Source of the DNA: Scyliorhinus canicula
Taxonomy: Eukaryota
Length of the DNA stretch: 64,000 nt
Assembly (NCBI RefSeq): GCF_902713615.1
Contig: NW_024055720.1
Coordinates: 186,001 to 250,000, forward strand
Direction of reading: 5' to 3'
The translations under genes were made by a program, and so were the position numbers. Below the pieces are notes generated by a model that had not been told where the DNA came from, made no database searches, and saw nothing but the letters and a program-made list of their open reading frames with translations. Shown here in pieces: positions 1 to 12,900 of this stretch; the stretch's first letter is position 1, and every line of letters begins with the position of its first letter.

Positions 1-466
1 CTGTGGATCTGAATCCGTGTTCACCCATTGCTCTGTTTCAGCTTTGCTCTCCCTGAACACATCTCTGCCATTGTTTAACTTCTTCCTCTAATAGTGGGTT
101 TATTTTAACCATGTTTGGTATTTTACTGTGATGTGGGTGGATATTGCTTGTGAACGTTGGTCTCTAGGCTCCAGGAGAGCTCCTTTTTCCACAGAATCAT
201 TTAAACATTACAGTACAGGTGAAGGCCATTCAGCCCATCATGCCCATGCTTTTTGCAAGAACTAATCAGCCCCTCCCGCTCCTCTGCTCTTTCCTCCTAT
301 CCCTGCAGCGTGTTTTCTTTCCAGGGTCTTGTACATAGAACATAGAACAGTACAGCACAGAACAGGCCCTTCGGCCCTCGATGTTGTGCCAAGCCATGAT
401 CACCCTACTCAAACCCATGTATCCACCCTATACCCGTAACCCAACAACCCCCCCTAACCTTACTTT

Positions 467-670
467 TTAGGACACTACGGGCAATTTAGCATGGCCAATC
501 CACCTAACCCGCACATCTTTGGACTGTGGGAGGAACCCAGAGCACCCGGAGGAAACCCACGCACACACGGGGAGGACGTGCAGACTCCGCACAGACAGTG
601 ACCCAAGCCGGGAATCAAACCTGGGACCCTGGAGCTGTGAAGCGATTGTGCTATCCACAATGCTACCGTG
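467..670 (-). mobile_element. HE1/V-SINE-like tRNA-derived SINE
   Basis: The reverse complement gives a tRNA-like head (cacggtagcattgtggatagc...gggtcccaggtttgattcc) and the core TTGGGTCACTGTCTGTGCGGAGTCTGCACGTCCTCCCCGTGTGTGCGTGGGTTTCCTCCGG. This core recurs more than 10 times in the window. Confidence 0.75.
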
Positions 671-1967
671 CATTTGTTTTGTTGTTTCAGTTTGGCTAGA
701 GTGGAGATGGAGGAGAAGCTTCTGGGTTTTACCCTGAGGAATTTGACCCCAGTTTGGAGCAATGATTTCAGATTTAAAATTGTCAAGGGAGTAGATTCCA
801 AGGGAGATTGGGTTGCTAAACTGACATTTAGAAACAAGTTTTTCTGGAGGTGATTTTGATCTATTTTTATGTACATATTTTGTCAAATTTATTCTTGGGA
901 TTTGGGTGTCACCAACAAGACCAGCAGCAAATATTGCCAATCCCCAGTTATCTGTGGAGAAGATGATGTTTTGCTTTCTTCAACCACCGCAGTCCGTGTT
1001 GTGAAAGGACTCAAACAATGTTATTAGATAAGGAGTTAGAGGATTTACACCCAGCCATAATGCAGCAATGCCAAAAATGCCCAAGTCAGTGTCAATGATT
1101 TGTAGTTATATACGTTTAACATATTAACATTTTCAAAGACATTTCACAGAAATGGCAGAAAGCAGCATTTGACACTGAGCCACATGACGGGATATTAGAG
1201 CCGGTGACCGAAAGCTTGGTCAAAGAAGATTTTCAGGATTTTCAATGAGGTTCCGAAATGGAGAGATTTAAGGAGGAAATTCCTGAGGCCCAGGGAACTG
1301 AAACAACAGCCAGCAGTGCTGGTGTGATTGAAATGTGGAATGCTCATGATGCTGCAATGAGATGTGCACAGATATCTCGCAGAGTTGTGTGACTGGAGGA
1401 GATTTCAGAGAGAGGGATGGTCACTCCCAGAGATTCATGGTCGGAAGCCCAGTTTGGGGTCAAAGATGGCAACCGTGTTGTGAAGCTGGTTCAGCTTCAG
1501 ACAGTTGCTGGAGAGAGGGATGGAGTCAGTGGTTTAGAGAGTGGAATTGGTATCAGGATCACTGTATATTATGTATATCTTCATGTATGAATCTCTCTCT
1601 ATATATCACTCTCTATCTCTCTTCACCCCTAGTGTCCAAACTCTTGTACAGTCTCTGCCCGGGTGGCAGGTTCCCTTCGCTGAGGACATCACTGAACCAG
1701 TTGGGTTTTTATGACAATCCAGCAGTTTTCATGGTCACTTTTTCCCAGTGCCGGACCCACAAATGACCAGATTGATTCAGCTCAATTTCACAACCTGCCT
1801 TTGTGTTCTTGTGGGTTCTCTCTCACTCCCTATTTAATGTTTTAAATCAATTTCACAGGCTGTTACAAGGGGAGAGTTTGCAGTCAGAAAACGAAAACCA
1901 AACATCACATCAGGATCAGACGGAGTTGCCTAATTTATCATAACCTGAATATGATCGGATTTTAAAC

Positions 1968-2753
1968 ATGGAAGAAAAAAGCACCGTTCACAGTGAAGAG
2001 AAACCGTACAAATGTTCTGTGTGTGGGCGAGGCTTCAGCCAATCATCAAGCCTCTCGAGACACAAGTGCAGTCACAACAAGGAGAAGTTGTCGAAATGTG
2101 GGGACTGTGGGAAAGGATTCACTCATTCATCCGCCCTACAGAATCACCAGCGAGTTCACACTGGGGAAAGACCGTTCATCTGCTCCAAGTGTGGAAAGGC
2201 ATTCACTCAGTCCAGCAGCCTGCGTTTACACAAACTCACTCACACTGGGGAGAGACCTTTCATCTGCTCAGAGTGTGGGAAGGGATTCACTCGATCATCA
2301 AACTTGCGAGTACACCAGCAGGGTCACACTGACGAGAGGCCTTTTAAATGCTCAGACTGCGGGAAGTGCTATAAAAGTTCTGGACAATTGATGTCCCATC
2401 AACGTGTTCACAGTGATGAGAGACCATTCCGGTGCTCTCGCTGTGGGACTGGGTTCAGACGATCAACAAACCTGACTGTACACCAACGTGTTCACACTGG
2501 GGAGAGACCATTCACCTGCTCCGTGTGTGGGAAGGGATTCATTGATTTATCCACCCTTTTGAAACACAAGCGCTTGCACACTGGAGAGAGGCCATTCACC
2601 TGCCCTGAGTGTGGGAAGGGATTCACTCAGTCAGCCAACCTGCTGAGGCACCAGCAGATTCACACTGGAGAGAGGTCATTCACCTGCTCTGATTGTGGGA
2701 AAGGATTCATTGAGTTACCCAATCTGCTGAGACACCAGCAGGTTCACAAGTAA
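1968..2753 (+). CDS. C2H2 zinc-finger protein, 261 aa, 9 tandem fingers, no KRAB domain visible
   Basis: Open ORF with nine CxxC-12-HxxxH units joined mostly by TGERPF linkers. A possible upstream splice acceptor (tttcacag) lies near 1858. Confidence 0.9.
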   Translation: MEEKSTVHSEEKPYKCSVCGRGFSQSSSLSRHKCSHNKEKLSKCGDCGKGFTHSSALQNHQRVHTGERPFICSKCGKAFTQSSSLRLHKLTHTGERPFICSECGKGFTRSSNLRVHQQGHTDERPFKCSDCGKCYKSSGQLMSHQRVHSDERPFRCSRCGTGFRRSTNLTVHQRVHTGERPFTCSVCGKGFIDLSTLLKHKRLHTGERPFTCPECGKGFTQSANLLRHQQIHTGERSFTCSDCGKGFIELPNLLRHQQVHK

Positions 2754-3394
2754 CTACTGTGATTTGATTTTGCTGTTACACAGATCCAGGACTGAACCAT
2801 GTTTACTGGGATCTGTTTTTGTTCTTCTTCCTCTTTCCCCCTCTCCTGTCAATCACACATTCCTCTCCCAATCCCCATGTATTTCTGTCTGAGTACGCCG
2901 CACCTTTCCATCTGATCTTCAACATTTCTCTTCTTCCTCCTGACAGTCCCATGTCCATCATTTGCCTCACATTTCCTCCACAGTAGATATCCAAACCATT
3001 TCAATCCCTTCTCGGCTACAGTCTTCAACCAGTTATTGTTCCTCTCTTCTTGATGTAGTCCAAGTTCCTGCATGATATAACAAGGCCAGTCTCACAGTTG
3101 TCTTATTGATTCTTCCTTTTCAGTTTCAATGACAATTTTCTGTCACATAACATTCCGTCGCACTTCTTCCAATTGCTCCAACCAGAGCTCATCTGATTCT
3201 TCATTTCCAAACTTCCATCTTCTCTCACATACTAGAAGCTACTCACTTTCTCCAAATCTTCACCCATAATCTTTACACCTTCACTCTGATCCCCTTCCCT
3301 AATCCCAGTGTCAGCTACACCTTCACTCTGATCCCCTTCCCAGTGTCAGCCCATAAATTGGGTCTTTGGTTCATTGCTGACTTTGAGGAGGGTT

Positions 3395-3690
3395 GCATGG
3401 TGGCACAGTAGTTAGCTCTGCTGCCTCACAGTGCCAGGACCTGATTCAATTCCGGTCTTGGATAAATGTCTGTGCGTAGTTTGCACGTTCTCCCTATGTC
3501 TGCGTGGGTTTCCTCCGGGTGCACTGGTTCCCTCCAACAGTCAAACCACGTGCAGGTTAGGTGGATTGGCCACGATCGGCGCGTGGGGTTATGGGGATAG
3601 GGTGGGTGAGTGGACCTCGGTAGTTTGCTCTTTCAGAGGGTGCTTGCAGACTCGATGGGCTGAATGGCCTCTTTTTGCACTGTAGTCATT
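3395..3690 (+). mobile_element. HE1/V-SINE-like SINE
   Basis: tRNA-like head followed by gcacgttctccctatgtctgcgtgggtttcctccgggtgc and ggttaggtggattggcca. Confidence 0.7.
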
Positions 3691-4832
3691 CTGTGATTCT
3701 AAATCTGTCATCCTTATCTGGTCTGTTCAACCATTTCTCTCTCCACAGATGCTGCCAAACCTGCTGGTTTTCTGTTTTCATTTCCGATTTCCAGCATCCG
3801 CAGTATTTTGCTTTTATTAAATACACTCGTTTTGTTACATTGCCGTTCCCGATATTTCTCTGTCATTTGTCTCAAAACGTACCTTTGGAATCTGTTTCTA
3901 TTGATGTTAATAAACTCGATCCCAATCATTGTGTTAATATTCTGGATAAAAATCAAATAAATCAGCTTTGTCTTGAATAGCCAGTGTCAATCATTTTAAT
4001 ATCTCTAATACAAGTTAGTTCCTTTATCCTCTCCTTCATCCTCAGCAGGTGTGAGGAGCTGATGGAGCTTCTTTGTCACTAAGATTGAGACAATCTGATC
4101 AGCTGTCTCTGCTGCTTCCCTCCCTTCCACTAGCCCAGCAGTTCAAAATTGCTCTGAAGATCTGCTCAGCCCTGGCCCTAAACTGTCGTCTTTCTTTTGT
4201 TTCTCTCCATGTCCCCCCCCAGACCTCATAGTGTCCCTGAGACCCACCGTCCATTCGATTCACTCTTTCCCACTAAACTGACAATCACCCAGAGAGTTCT
4301 GGCGGAGCGCAACTTAATGGAGAATGGAAGATGGGAATCAGTCAGGAGGGCATTGGAATAGCTGAACCTGGAAGTAACAAAGAGACGGGAATTTCAGCAG
4401 TAAATCGGCTGATGCAGGATGGAGCTAATTGTCTTACAGAGGTGAAAAGAGGTCATCTCAGTGATGGAGAGGACATGGAGTCAGTAGCTCAGCTCAAGGT
4501 TAAAGAAGAAATGAAGTTTGCAATTGGTCTGGTTCAGACTGCGGGCAGGGAGGAGAATGGTGTCAGTGAGACGAACAGATGTTTATGGAGTGGGGAGGTG
4601 CTGGGTGGAGCACGGGGGTGGAGTTCATGGGTCTGAGTAATAATCCACCTCCTGGGCCACACTTTACAGAACACAGAATTAATCCATCTCTGCATCACCG
4701 CATAAGAAGTAAGAGCAGGAGTAGGCAATTCAGCCCCTCGAGCCGACTACGCCATTCGATATGATCATGGCTGATCTCCTCTCGGACTCCACTCATCTTT
4801 CCTGCCCATTCTCCACAACCCTTTGACCCATA

Positions 4833-5008
4833 GGGGCTGGTTTAGCTCACAAGGCTAAATCGCTGGCTTTTAAAGCAGGCCAGCAGCCTGGTTCGATTCC
4901 CGTACCAGCCTCCCCGGACAGGTGCCGGAATGTGGCGACTAGGGGCTTTTCACAGTAACTTCATTGAAGCCTACTCGTGACAATAAGGGATTTTCATTTC
5001 ATTTCATT
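4833..5008 (+). mobile_element. SINE family B (ggggctggtttagc... head, catttcatt tail)
   Basis: Near-identical copies at about 29745-29925 (+), 32709-32890 (+) and 51785-51935 (-). Contains a B-box-like ggttcgattcc. Confidence 0.75.
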
Positions 5009-5708
5009 ACGTATTTAAAAACCTGTCTATTTTCTCTTTAAATTTACAGAAAGTCCCGGATCCACTTCACTCCTGGGTAGGGAATTCTGCAGATTCACGG
5101 CCCTTTGAGAGAAATAATATCTCCTCATCTTTGTTTTAAATCTGCTCCCCCTTATCCTCAAACTATGACCTCTAGTTCTAGATTGCCCCACAAGATTCTA
5201 CTTTGTCAATACATTTTTCATCTTATATACCTCAATTAGATCTCCTCTCGTTCTTCCAAACTGGACAGAGTATAGACCTAAGCTGCTCAATCTCTGGTCA
5301 TAAAACAAACTCATATCGGGAATCAATCTAGTGAACCTCCTCTGAACTTCCTCTAATGCAACTACATCCCTCCTCAAATAAGGGCACCAACCTGTACACA
5401 GGACTTCACGTGTGTCTCACCAATGCCTTGTACAGTTGCAGCAACACGTCCCTACTTTTATACTCTTTAGCTATAAAGGACAAAATTCCATTGGCCTTCC
5501 TTATTACCTGCTGTACCTGCATAGCTAGTTTTCTGAGATTAGGATTAGATCACAGAAACATTCAAACCAATCTCAGTGTATTGACAAAATTCTTGCTCGC
5601 TAATCAAGCTTTCAATGACAATGTTACAATCCATAATTTTCCACATGGATAGAATGTGTCCCATTAATGACCAGAGGAGCCCAGTGTGATTCCTTGGCAC
5701 GTTCAGTA

Positions 5709-6250
5709 CAATAGAACATAGAACACTACAGCGCAGTACGGGCCCTTCGGCCCTCGATGTTGCGCCGACCTGTGAAACCATCTGAAGCCTATCTGACCTA
5801 CACTATTCCATTTTCATCCATATGTCTATCCAGTGACCACTTAAATGCCCTTAAAGTTGGCGAGTCTACTACTATTGCAGGCAGGGCGTTCCACACCCCT
5901 ACTACTCTCTGAGTAAAGAAACTGCCTCTGACATCTGTCCTATATCTATCACCCCTCAATTTAAAGCTATGTCCCCTCGTGTTGGTCATCACCATCTGAG
6001 GAAAAAGACTCTCACTGTCCACCCTATCTAACCCTCTGACTATCTTATATGTCTCTATTAAGTCACCTCTCAGCCTTCTCCTCTCTAACTAAAACAACCT
6101 CAATTCCCTGAGCCTTTCCTCGTAAGACCTTCCCTCCATACCAGGCAACATCCTAGTAAATCTCCTCTGAACCCTTTCCAAAGCTTCCACATCCTTCCTA
6201 TAATGTGGTGACCAGAACTGCACGCAGTAGTCCAGGTGCGGCCGCACCAG
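5709..6250 (-). mobile_element. CR1-clade LINE 3' fragment
   Basis: Minus-strand translation LFP...TRGHSFKL...FFTQRVVGVWNALP is a typical CR1 ORF2 C-terminus, followed by the (ttctatg) tail. Confidence 0.85.
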
Positions 6251-6324
6251 AGTGGTGGATGGGGAACATGCTGATCAGGAGCTGGAAAGAGATTGCATTG
6301 AATTAAATAGAATTCCCCTTTGAG

Positions 6325-6490
6325 GAGGAGAGCTGACTGGTGGAGATTTAACCTGAGGATTGCCACATCTCAGGCAAGGAGTAAGGTTGAGAAGGCCTTT
6401 GTGAATATCCTCAGCTGATATGAGAATTGAAGCCATGCTGTTGGCCTTGCTCTGTATCATGAACCAGCCGTCTAACCAACTGAGCTAAAC
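6325..6490 (-). mobile_element. tRNA-derived SINE family C
   Basis: The minus strand starts TAGCTCAGTTGGTTAGACGGCTGGTTCATGAT (tRNA A-box/D-arm). Homologous copies lie at about 18200-18390 and 34283-34465. Confidence 0.7.
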
Positions 6491-7164
6491 AGAGAATATT
6501 GAGTCTAGAAATAGACCATTTGGTTTCACTAATCTGGACTGGTGATTATAGTTCTCAAATCTCTTTCCAATCCATCTCCCTCATCTCAGCCTTTCAACTT
6601 ACCTTTCTATTTTCTTTTCTCTCATGTAATCATCTAATTTCCTTTTGAAAACATTTAAATGATTTCACCTAAACCACTTCCTGTGGTGTTGAATTTCACA
6701 TTCTAACAGCTCTCTTGAGTAAAGGCATTTTTCCTTCTTTCCATCTTGGATTTATTACTTGCTAATTTGTCTATCTGGCACTAGTTTTTGATTTACCCCC
6801 AAGTGGAAATATTGGCTTCACAGCTACCCAATCCCATTAATAATTTTAAAAACCTCTATCAGATTCCCTCAAAGCCTCTTTTCCGAAGAAGGAATCCCAA
6901 ACCTGTTCAATCTTCCACAATAACTTCAAACCTCAGCTTTGCTATTATCCGTACAAATTTGATAGTTTTGCTTCTGGCAACAATTGCACTGATCCTTGTT
7001 TATCAGAATTTGTTTACCCTTTTCCAACCTGAAATTGGTGAGGGAGAGTGGGGGGGAATGACATAGAATTTGCATTGGGGGAGGACCCAGGTATTCGCCT
7101 TTGGACTCGATCTCTCCTAGGATGCTCAGACAATGATTGAAGCTCTCAATGGCGAGACACTTAC

Positions 7165-7460
7165 CCAGACCCCCCGCTCTGCGGAAAGTCCCCTATCAGT
7201 GAGTGTAGGAGACCAGTGCACAGGTGCAGTGTGGGTGTGTGCTCTGAGCGTGCTCAGTGTCAGTCATGGTGAGACAGGAGGAGCGGACGGTTCGAGAAGA
7301 GATTGTGAGCACAGGGTAGGAATGGAAACCGCGGCTGCACTGGGAACTTTATCAACTTCTGGGATAGTCCTGAGGCCCTGAATAAGAGGCCGCAGGCCCC
7401 GTGTTTACCGCGGTGACAGGCCCAGGGGGAGCGGGCTCACTGGCCACCATCTTGCAAGTG
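7165..7460 (-). promoter_or_regulatory. Putative CpG-richer first exon or promoter of an unidentified minus-strand transcript
   Basis: YY1-type CAAGATGGTGGC on the minus strand (7443-7454) and a consensus donor TGG|GTAAGT at 7164. Confidence 0.3.
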
Positions 7461-8164
7461 GCAGTCGGGCGGATCAGGGAAAGGGAATTGGTTATTCGAC
7501 CCCTCGAGCTTGCTGCACCATTCAGTAAGACCATGGCTGATCTGATTGTGGCCACAACACCACATTCCCACCTACCACAATTACATTTCACCCTCTTGCT
7601 CATCAAGAATCTATCCACCTCTTCCTTAAATATATTTAATATCTCTGCTCTCTGGGAAGAGAGTTCCAGAAATTCATGACCTTCTGAGACAAAAACATTC
7701 TCCTCATCTCCATTCCAAATGGGAGGCCCCTTATTATTAAACTCGGTCCTTTAGTTCTGGTCTCTCCCACAGGGAAACCATCCTTCAACATCCACTCCGT
7801 CAAGTCCTCTCAGGACCGTTACATATTCCGTCAGTTTACTAAACTCTGGTGGCTTCAGGCCCAGCCTGTCCCACTTTTCTAACACATTTCTATCTTTTCT
7901 TCAATATGGAGGCCAAATCTGTACATTACTGTAGATCTGGTTTTATCAACAGTTACAAAAATCATCCCACTTTTATTTTACCTTCGAAGTCATATACCTG
8001 CAGTGCAGAAGGAGGCCATTTGGCCCATCGAGTCTGCACCGACTCTGAAACAGCAACATACTTAGGCCCACTCTAGCCCTGAACCCCCCCAAACCTGCTA
8101 AGGGGCAATTTAGCTTGATCGATCCACGTAATTTGCCCATCTTTGGACTGTGGGAGGAAACCCG

Positions 8165-8450
8165 TGGGGCAGCACGGTGACACAGTAGTTAGCACTGTTG
8201 CTCCAGGGACTTGGGTCACTGTCTGTGTGGAGTCTGCACGTTCTCCCCGTGTCTGCGTGGGTTTCCTCCGACTCCTCTAGTTTCCTCCCACAAATCCTGA
8301 AAGATGTGCTTGTTTGGTGAATTGGACATTCTGAATTCTCCCTCAGTGTACCTGAACAGGTGCCGGAATGTGGCGACTAGGGGATTTTCACAGTGACTTC
8401 ATTGCAGTGTTAATGTAAGTCTACATGTGACACTAATAAAAATTATTATA
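8165..8450 (+). mobile_element. HE1/V-SINE-like SINE with aacaggtgccggaatgtggcgactagggg tail
   Basis: Head gggcagcacggtgacacagtagttagcactgttg and the same core as the other copies. Further copies at about 21285-21470 (-), 22357-22665 (+), 24690-24975 (+), 26690-26870 (-), 27400-27600 (-), 50390-50700 (+) and 60120-60310 (-). Confidence 0.75.
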
Positions 8451-8489
8451 TAGATTTGGTGTCATCTTGACAGGTGAAGAGAGGATGTT

Positions 8490-9355
8490 TCCCCTCTGGC
8501 AGGTGTCCAGTGGTGTACCACAGGAATCTGTGATGGGTCTGTCATGTATATAAATGACAGAGGTGACTATGTGGTGGGAGAGTTTAGGATCCGTACGTTT
8601 AGATGACACAAAGATTAGCCAGGTGGTTAACAGTGAGGTTGAGTGTGTTGGGTTATAGGAAGATATAGATGGGATGGTCAAAATGGTAAAAATTGGCAGA
8701 TGGAATTTAACCTGGAATACACATTGGAAGGAGTAATATGACAAGGAAGTATTCAGTGAATGGCCTGACACTGGGAAGTTCCGAGATACAAAGGGACTTT
8801 GACGTGTTTGTTTAGATATCACCGAAGGCTGAAGGGCAGGTTAATAGGCTGGTGATAATGGCAGATGGGACACTTGCTTTTATCAGTCGAGGCGTAGATT
8901 ACAAAAGCAGGGAGGCCATGTTGGAGTTGTATAGAACTTTGGTGAGGCCACAGCTGGAGTACTGTGTGCAATTCTGGTCGCCACATTATAGGAAGGATGT
9001 GATTGCATTGGAGGGGGTGCAGAGGTGATTCACAAGATGTTGCCTGGGATGGAACATGTGAGTTAGGAAGAGAGGTTGGATCGGCTTGGATTGTTTTCGC
9101 TGGAGCAGAGACGACTGAGAGGCAACCTGATCGAGTGCACAAGTTTATGAGGGGCATGGACAGAGTGGGTAGGGAATAGCTGTTCCCCTCAGTTGAAGGG
9201 TCAGTTACGAGAAGTCAGACGTTCAAGATGAGGGGCAGGAGGTTTAGGGTGTATTTGAGGAAAAGCTTTTTTTACCCAGAGGATGGTGACGGTCTGGAAT
9301 GCACTGCCTGGGAGGGTGGGAGAGGGGGGTTGTGTCACATCCTTTATAAAGTACC
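8490..9355 (+). mobile_element. CR1-clade LINE 3' fragment (degenerate RT C-terminus)
   Basis: Contains gtgaggccacagctggagtactgtgtgcaattctggtcgcc ([14 protein letters not shown]) and acccagaggatggtgacggtctggaatgcactgcctg. Confidence 0.8.
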
Positions 9356-9982
9356 CTGTAAATTAAATTGGCAAAATATGTAATTTGAACTATGGAAATC
9401 TAGAATAACTTGAGATTTAAAAAAAGTAAGGGATAAGACCCACAATGGGATAACAGCAGCAGCTTGTCTGAAATACAGAGAACTTCACAGGCATTAAAGA
9501 TCACAGCTAGGGACAACACATCCTGTTTTTCCAAGTTAAAAAGACATTCGATCAATTTAAATTCTTAAGTTATATAAAAAGGAACAGTAATTCACAATTC
9601 CTTAGAAGTGCATTATTTTACTGAACAGTTAAAAAAGGAACAGCCAGGATCTTAAGTTTAAATTAGGGAATAAATGTGAGGCATGAAACCTTGCTGACGC
9701 CAGTTAAAAATGAGACAACTGCTTTCCAGATAAAGAAACGCACAAGGTGGTACGTTTATACCATAACTTTCACATTTTTGACGTTAAAACTTTTTAGCAA
9801 ATAGCCAAGCCGGATAAGGTTAGAGTTACAGGGAGCAACCTGCCGCTGACACCAGCTGACCCTTAAAAGTGCAGAGGCGAACTGCTTCGATGAACACGAG
9901 TTCTTACCCAGTATTGAGACTGAAAAAACATCACTTGAGACAGACAAATTTAGCACCTGCCAAACAAATGCATTACACTTCC

Positions 9983-12900
9983 GGGGGCGGCCATGGAGGA
10001 GTAGGTCGTACATTTGATAGCTCCTGCCTGTAGTGGACGTTTGGACATTTTCTCCCATTATTTTCGGATTTTATGGGATAAATCAGTGAAGAGTGAGGCA
10101 GTAAGGAGAAACCCCCTACGGTGTATGGAGAATTGGACCAGAAGTGGCCGTGTGAGACGACAAGGACCCATAAGGGAGAAGCAAGCAGAGCTGGTAACAC
10201 GGGACAGCATGGCGGAGAGCAAGGGCCGTGGGGAGACGGCACAGTGGTCGACGGAGCAGCTGGTGACGTTTTTCGAAGATTGCTCCCGATTGCTCGAAGT
10301 TAAAGAAGGACATGCTGGACCCGATTAAGGCTTCGATTGATCAAGTGGTTCAGAATCAGGAAACCCATGAGGAGCGATCCAGGAGGTTGAAGAAACGTTG
10401 TCTGAGCACGATGAGTATATAACCGTGCTGGAAAGCAAGGTGGGGATGATGAACGACTGCCAGAAAAGAATGAAGGAGAAGCTGGAGGACCTGGAGAATA
10501 GGTCCAGGAGGCAGAATCTCAGAATTGTTGGCCTCCCTGAAGGCAGTGAGGGATCGGGTGCGAGGGTCTATGTGACGGACACGTTGGAGAAGTTGATAGG
10601 GGCTGGGGTGTTCCCTTGGCCCCTGGAACTGGACAAAGCACACAGAGCCCTCGCGAGGAAGCCCAGAGCAAACGAACCGTCGAGGGCCATGGTGGTACGT
10701 TTTCACTGTTTCATGGTCCAGGAACACGTTTTGTGATGGGCCAAGAAAGAACGGAGCAGCAACTGGCAGAACTGTGAGTTGCGCATCTGTCAGGACCTGG
10801 GAGCAGATTTGGCCAAGAGGCGAGCTGGGTTCAATTGGGCAAAAACGACCCTCTTTAAGAACGGGGTGAAGTTAGGGATGCTGTACCCAGCCCGTCTGTG
10901 GGTCACATATGAGGAACAGGACTTCTACTTTGAAACACAGACGAAGCATGGACCTTTATTAAAGAAATGAAGCTGGAGGCGAATTAAAAGACACTTAAGC
11001 CTTGGAGAAGAACTGTGGCAGCAATTTGTGGTGCTGGATTGTATAAATTTAAGTATCTCCATGTGAAATAATGGGCTGTGTGGATGGTTAAAGGTTGATC
11101 TGTCTTGCAGGGACCCTGTTGGAGTGGGGGTGATGGGCTTTCAATTTAGTTCTGCTTTTTGGGTGACTATTTTTCTAAAGTGACCGTTTTCTTCACTGAT
11201 TTCTCTGTTGCTTGTTTACTGGGGAACGTGATGCTTTTAAAATGTTTATTCATATGTGGGGGAGAGAGCAGAGTACAATAGGGAAACAGACTGCTTGGTG
11301 CCAGGGGCGGGAGCTATCGAGTCAGCATGAGTCAGCTGACTCTTGGAAGCGCAGTGGGGGGGGGGGTGAGCAGGTGTTAAGCAGAAGCTTGACTTGGGGG
11401 ATTGGGTTTCTAGTGTTGTTGCTGGGGAGGGGGGGGGGGGGGGGGGGGGAGGCGGGGAGCTGCTTTGCTGACGGGAGGAACTGTTACTAGAAGGCAAATG
11501 GGAGGTCGGGAACGCCGACAGCCCGAGTGGGGACTTGAGGAAGCGGAGGGCGTGAGCTCGAGGCTGGCCTAAAAAGGGTGATGGCTAGTCGGCAGGGTTG
11601 GGGGGGGGGGGGTGTTGGAAGACCCCCCCCCCCCATCCAGGCTGATTACATGGAACGTGAGAGGACTGAATGGGCAGGTGAAGAGGGCTCATGTGTTCAC
11701 GCATTTGGGGGGGGGGACTGAATGTGGACGTGGCAATGCTACAAGGAACACACTTGAAGGTTACAGACAAGACGAGATTGAGGAAGGAGTGGGTTAGCCA
11801 ATTGTTCCACTCAGGAGTGGACTCAAAGACCAGGGGGGTAGCGATCTAGATCAGCAAACGAATGGCATTCGAGGCAGGAAGAATCGTCAGACAAGAGGGG
11901 TAGGTACATAATGGTAAATGGGAAGCTGGGGGGGGGGGGGGGCGGGGGGGGGGGGGGGATGCGAGTGGTACTTGTGAACATATATGCTCCGAATTGGGAC
12001 GACGTGGAATTTATGAGGCGGGTGTTAGGTAAGATCCCAGAGTTAGTCACATAACCTGATCATGGAAGGGGACTTCAACACAGTCATTGATCCGGAATTG
12101 GAACAGTCAAAATCCAGGACAGGGAGGAGGTCGGCTGCGGCAAAGAAATTGAAGGATTTCATGGAACAGATGGAGAGAGTAGACCCCTGGAGGTTTGCAC
12201 GGCCGAGGATCAAGGAGTTTTCCTTTTTTTCACATGTCCACAAGGTATACTCTCACATCGATTTTTTTTGTTCTGAGCAGGGCGCTAATACCAAAGGATA
12301 TTGAGTATTCGGCAATTGCAGTGTCGGATCAGGCCCCACACTAGGTGGATCTATGGGTTAGTGTGGAGAGAGGGCAACACCCGCTATTGAGACTGGACGT
12401 GGGGTTGCTAGCGGACGAAGCGATCTGTGGGCGGCTTAACAAGTCCATCCAGAACTACCTGGAAACAAATGACACGGGGGAGATCTCTGCAGCGATGGTC
12501 TGGGAAGCTTTGAAGGCAGTAGTCAGAGGGAAATTAATCTCGATACGGGCCCACAGAGAAAAGGCAGGACGGGCTGAGAGGGATAGATTAGTGGAGGAGA
12601 TACTCCAGGTATACAGGGGATTCTCGGTGGCCCCGGACGGAGGGAGCGGCAGAGGTTACAGGTGGCGTTTGGGCTGTTGACCACAGGGAAAGCAGTGGAA
12701 CAGTTGAGGAAGGCAAGGGAGACGATTTATGAGTACGGGGAAAAGGCAAGCAGAATGTGGCGTACCAGCTCAGGAAAAGAGAGGCGGCTAAGGAGATAGG
12801 TAACGTAAAGAGGAGAGACTATAATACTGTCCTTGACCCAGCGGGGATGAACGAGGTGTTCCAGGACTTTTACAGTCAATTATATGAGTCGGAGCCCCCG

